From contig CM119267.1 in assembly GCA_051294375.1 (NCBI GenBank), positions 9,536,339 to 9,600,338 on the forward strand: a stretch of DNA of 64,000 nucleotides, read 5' to 3'. This document shows positions 61,795 to 64,000 of the stretch, piece by piece (positions within the stretch are counted from its first letter, which is position 1; the number at the start of each line of letters is the position of its first letter). This stretch comes from Paraspadella gotoi (lineage: Eukaryota > Animalia > Chaetognatha). Made by a program: the position numbers and the translations under genes. The notes under the pieces were generated by a model that saw only the letters and a list, made by a program, of their open reading frames with translations, did not search any database and had not been told where the DNA came from.

Positions 61795-62662
61795 CACAGT
61801 GGTCAAAAAAAAAAATTAATACCGGATAAAAGCCACTTGAACATACGGGCATAAATACCTATTCACTCTTTCCATAGTAATGCTACAAAGTCTTAGGTAA
61901 GATTACAGTTTCCAAAAATTATTCTTTCTCAAGTTATAAGCAAATCTCTATTTCGGGTGAGTCATTTTTTTTACCCACGTGGGTGGAAGAGAAAAATTAT
62001 TTGACTTTGTTATGGTATCAGCACTTTGTCTAGTTTGTTAACAAATAAAAAAAAAGATTTTCATAATATGTCACTATGTATGATATAAAAAACATAGTAA
62101 AAACTCATAGAATTTCAGCCGATTTTAATCAACCAGATTTAGTTCCTAATGATACATCTTATTGTAGTCGGGCATTGCCTAGGCTTACAGTATCATTCGT
62201 CCGCCCTTTTGAGAAATCTAAAAATGCTTTTCATTCAAAAAATAATAAAAAAGAATTCGATATTCTTTAAAAATTATCTTATGATTCTTTTCTTTGATCG
62301 ATTTTCCGATTTTAATTTGCTTAGCGCACTTTTAAAAAGATTAAATTAAAGATTTTATATTTAGCAAACATACACCTATTACTTATAATATAAATATTAA
62401 AAAAATATTAAGTTAGATCAATTTCTTTTTAATGTCAAAATTATAAATCAAAAGTCGTTCAAATACCATCAATAATTTTTTTAAGAACCAAATTTGTTGG
62501 TTAATAAATTTTTTCTGCATATTTTTTCAAATCAATCTTAAACATTTGAAACATTTCCAATAACTTCAGAGGGCTTCTATGATAATCAGCATTATGAGAA
62601 AAAGTTGTTTTTGCCTAAAAAGAGAGGTTTATCCGGAAATTTAGTCCATTTGGATCACTGTG
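61795..62662. mobile_element. Non-autonomous Transib/RAG-like DNA transposon (868 bp)
   Basis: Termini CACAGTG (61795-61801) and CACTGTG (62656-62662). Exact 5-bp TSD CGGGG at 61790-61794 and 62663-62667. A second TIR block CCGGATAAA occurs at both ends; the interior is AT-rich and non-coding. Confidence 0.85.
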
Positions 62663-63003
62663 CGGGGGGGGGACGGAGTAGGGGAGGGGTGTGGGCGAGA
62701 GGAAAAAAAAACTGCTTTGTCGCCATCTTTAAAATTCATGGCGCCCTGAGTCGGCACCATAGATCGGGGGGATTATCTTTCTCATAAATTTGTCCTCGCA
62801 ATTCTTTTTCCTTTTTTTCTTTTTTTTTTCGAATCGAAATTAGTGCGATAATTTGTGTCTAGGGCAGTAGACCGTGACATGGACCGTTTCGTAGCCTCAC
62901 CTGCAACGTTTAGGTTAGTGTGCTTGAATATCAGGTAAAAGACGTTTAATGACGTTTAAATTGTAATATTATTTGTTGAACCCCCAAAGGAATCTTTTTC
63001 ATG

Positions 63004-63119
<116 letters not shown>

Positions 63120-64000
63120 ATAAATGTTTCAAAATAGCTGACGAAGAAAGTTTCATATAAATAAACATTAACGTAGCTGGTCGCCGCAGGGATTATTTAT
63201 AAAATAACTAAAACCATTTCCTTGCCGTTCGTCCATGACACTGAACAATATTGGCTCTTAATTATGTTTAACTTATTTGCAATAGAGGAAATGAATTTCG
63301 CATCCGGCTCAAATATCAGTCCCATTTGCGATTCCCAGTCGGAGTCGCTTCTTTTAATTCTCACTCCCCCCTCCCTCTCCCTCTCCCTCTCTCTCTCTTT
63401 TAAAAGTCACGTCGATTCGACGCCACGTCGCCAAATAAAAGCGGCCACGCCCATTTTGAATGGAATCCGAGACGGCGACGGCGTCAACCTTCCATTGTAC
63501 GAATTCAATGGCCGTTGTTCCTTTTTTTTTTCTTTTTCGCCTGCGCGGAGATTAAATAGACGGATGGATGGCGTCGTTGCCGTCAGGGGAAAGACGTTGC
63601 GGGTTGTGTTGCGAGAGGATAGATATCGGAGCGACGTTGGAACACGAATTTTAAAAAAATATAATTTTATTACTAATATTATTATATTATTAATAATATT
63701 AATATTATTATTTTTATTATTTAAAAAAAAACTTATTATTTAAAAATGTTTCCCTTTTTTTTTTTAGGTTTCGGTTTTTTTGAATTTGTGAACGACGGAT
63801 TTTCGGATTTTGAAGCGACATCTGAAATTCGCCAAGAGAACGAGACCTAAACGTCCTCGGTATCGCGAAGAGCGAATAAGCGATTATATCTCGATGCGCC
63901 GCTGAGATATACCCATTCGGTCTCCCCGCCTCCTGGCCGACCGTCTGTACTGAACCAACCAACTCCTCCTCGTTACTCGAGGGAACCACTTCCATCAAAA

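Overview
This is eukaryotic DNA, most likely from an invertebrate animal: AT-rich spliceosomal introns, CpG-rich exons and many (GA)n tracts. Six multi- or single-exon genes were reconstructed by hand from splice sites and reading frame. They are the 3' end of a divergent plasma-membrane Ca2+-ATPase (PMCA), a 4-finger C2H2 protein with an unexplained N-terminal folded domain, two head-to-head ELOVL elongases (one intronless), an SLC5A7/CHT1-like choline transporter, and a 12-exon FAD-dependent oxidoreductase of a mainly prokaryotic family (PF12831-like). The last ~24 kb has no convincing CDS. It carries non-autonomous TEs, including an element bounded by the RSS heptamer CACAGTG with a 5-bp TSD (Transib/RAG-like). 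Two 25-N gaps adjoin a noisy inverted copy (5.1-10.2 kb) and a ~3.5 kb tandem duplication (43.6-50.7 kb), both probably assembly artefacts. The main leads are the CHT1-like transporter with an EF-hand-type loop and altered substrate-pocket residues next to the bacterial-like oxidoreductase, the atypical splice donors in that oxidoreductase, the PMCA with an eroded calmodulin-binding domain, and the Transib/RAG-like MITE. No searches were run; family assignments rest on recognised motifs and recalled reference sequences.
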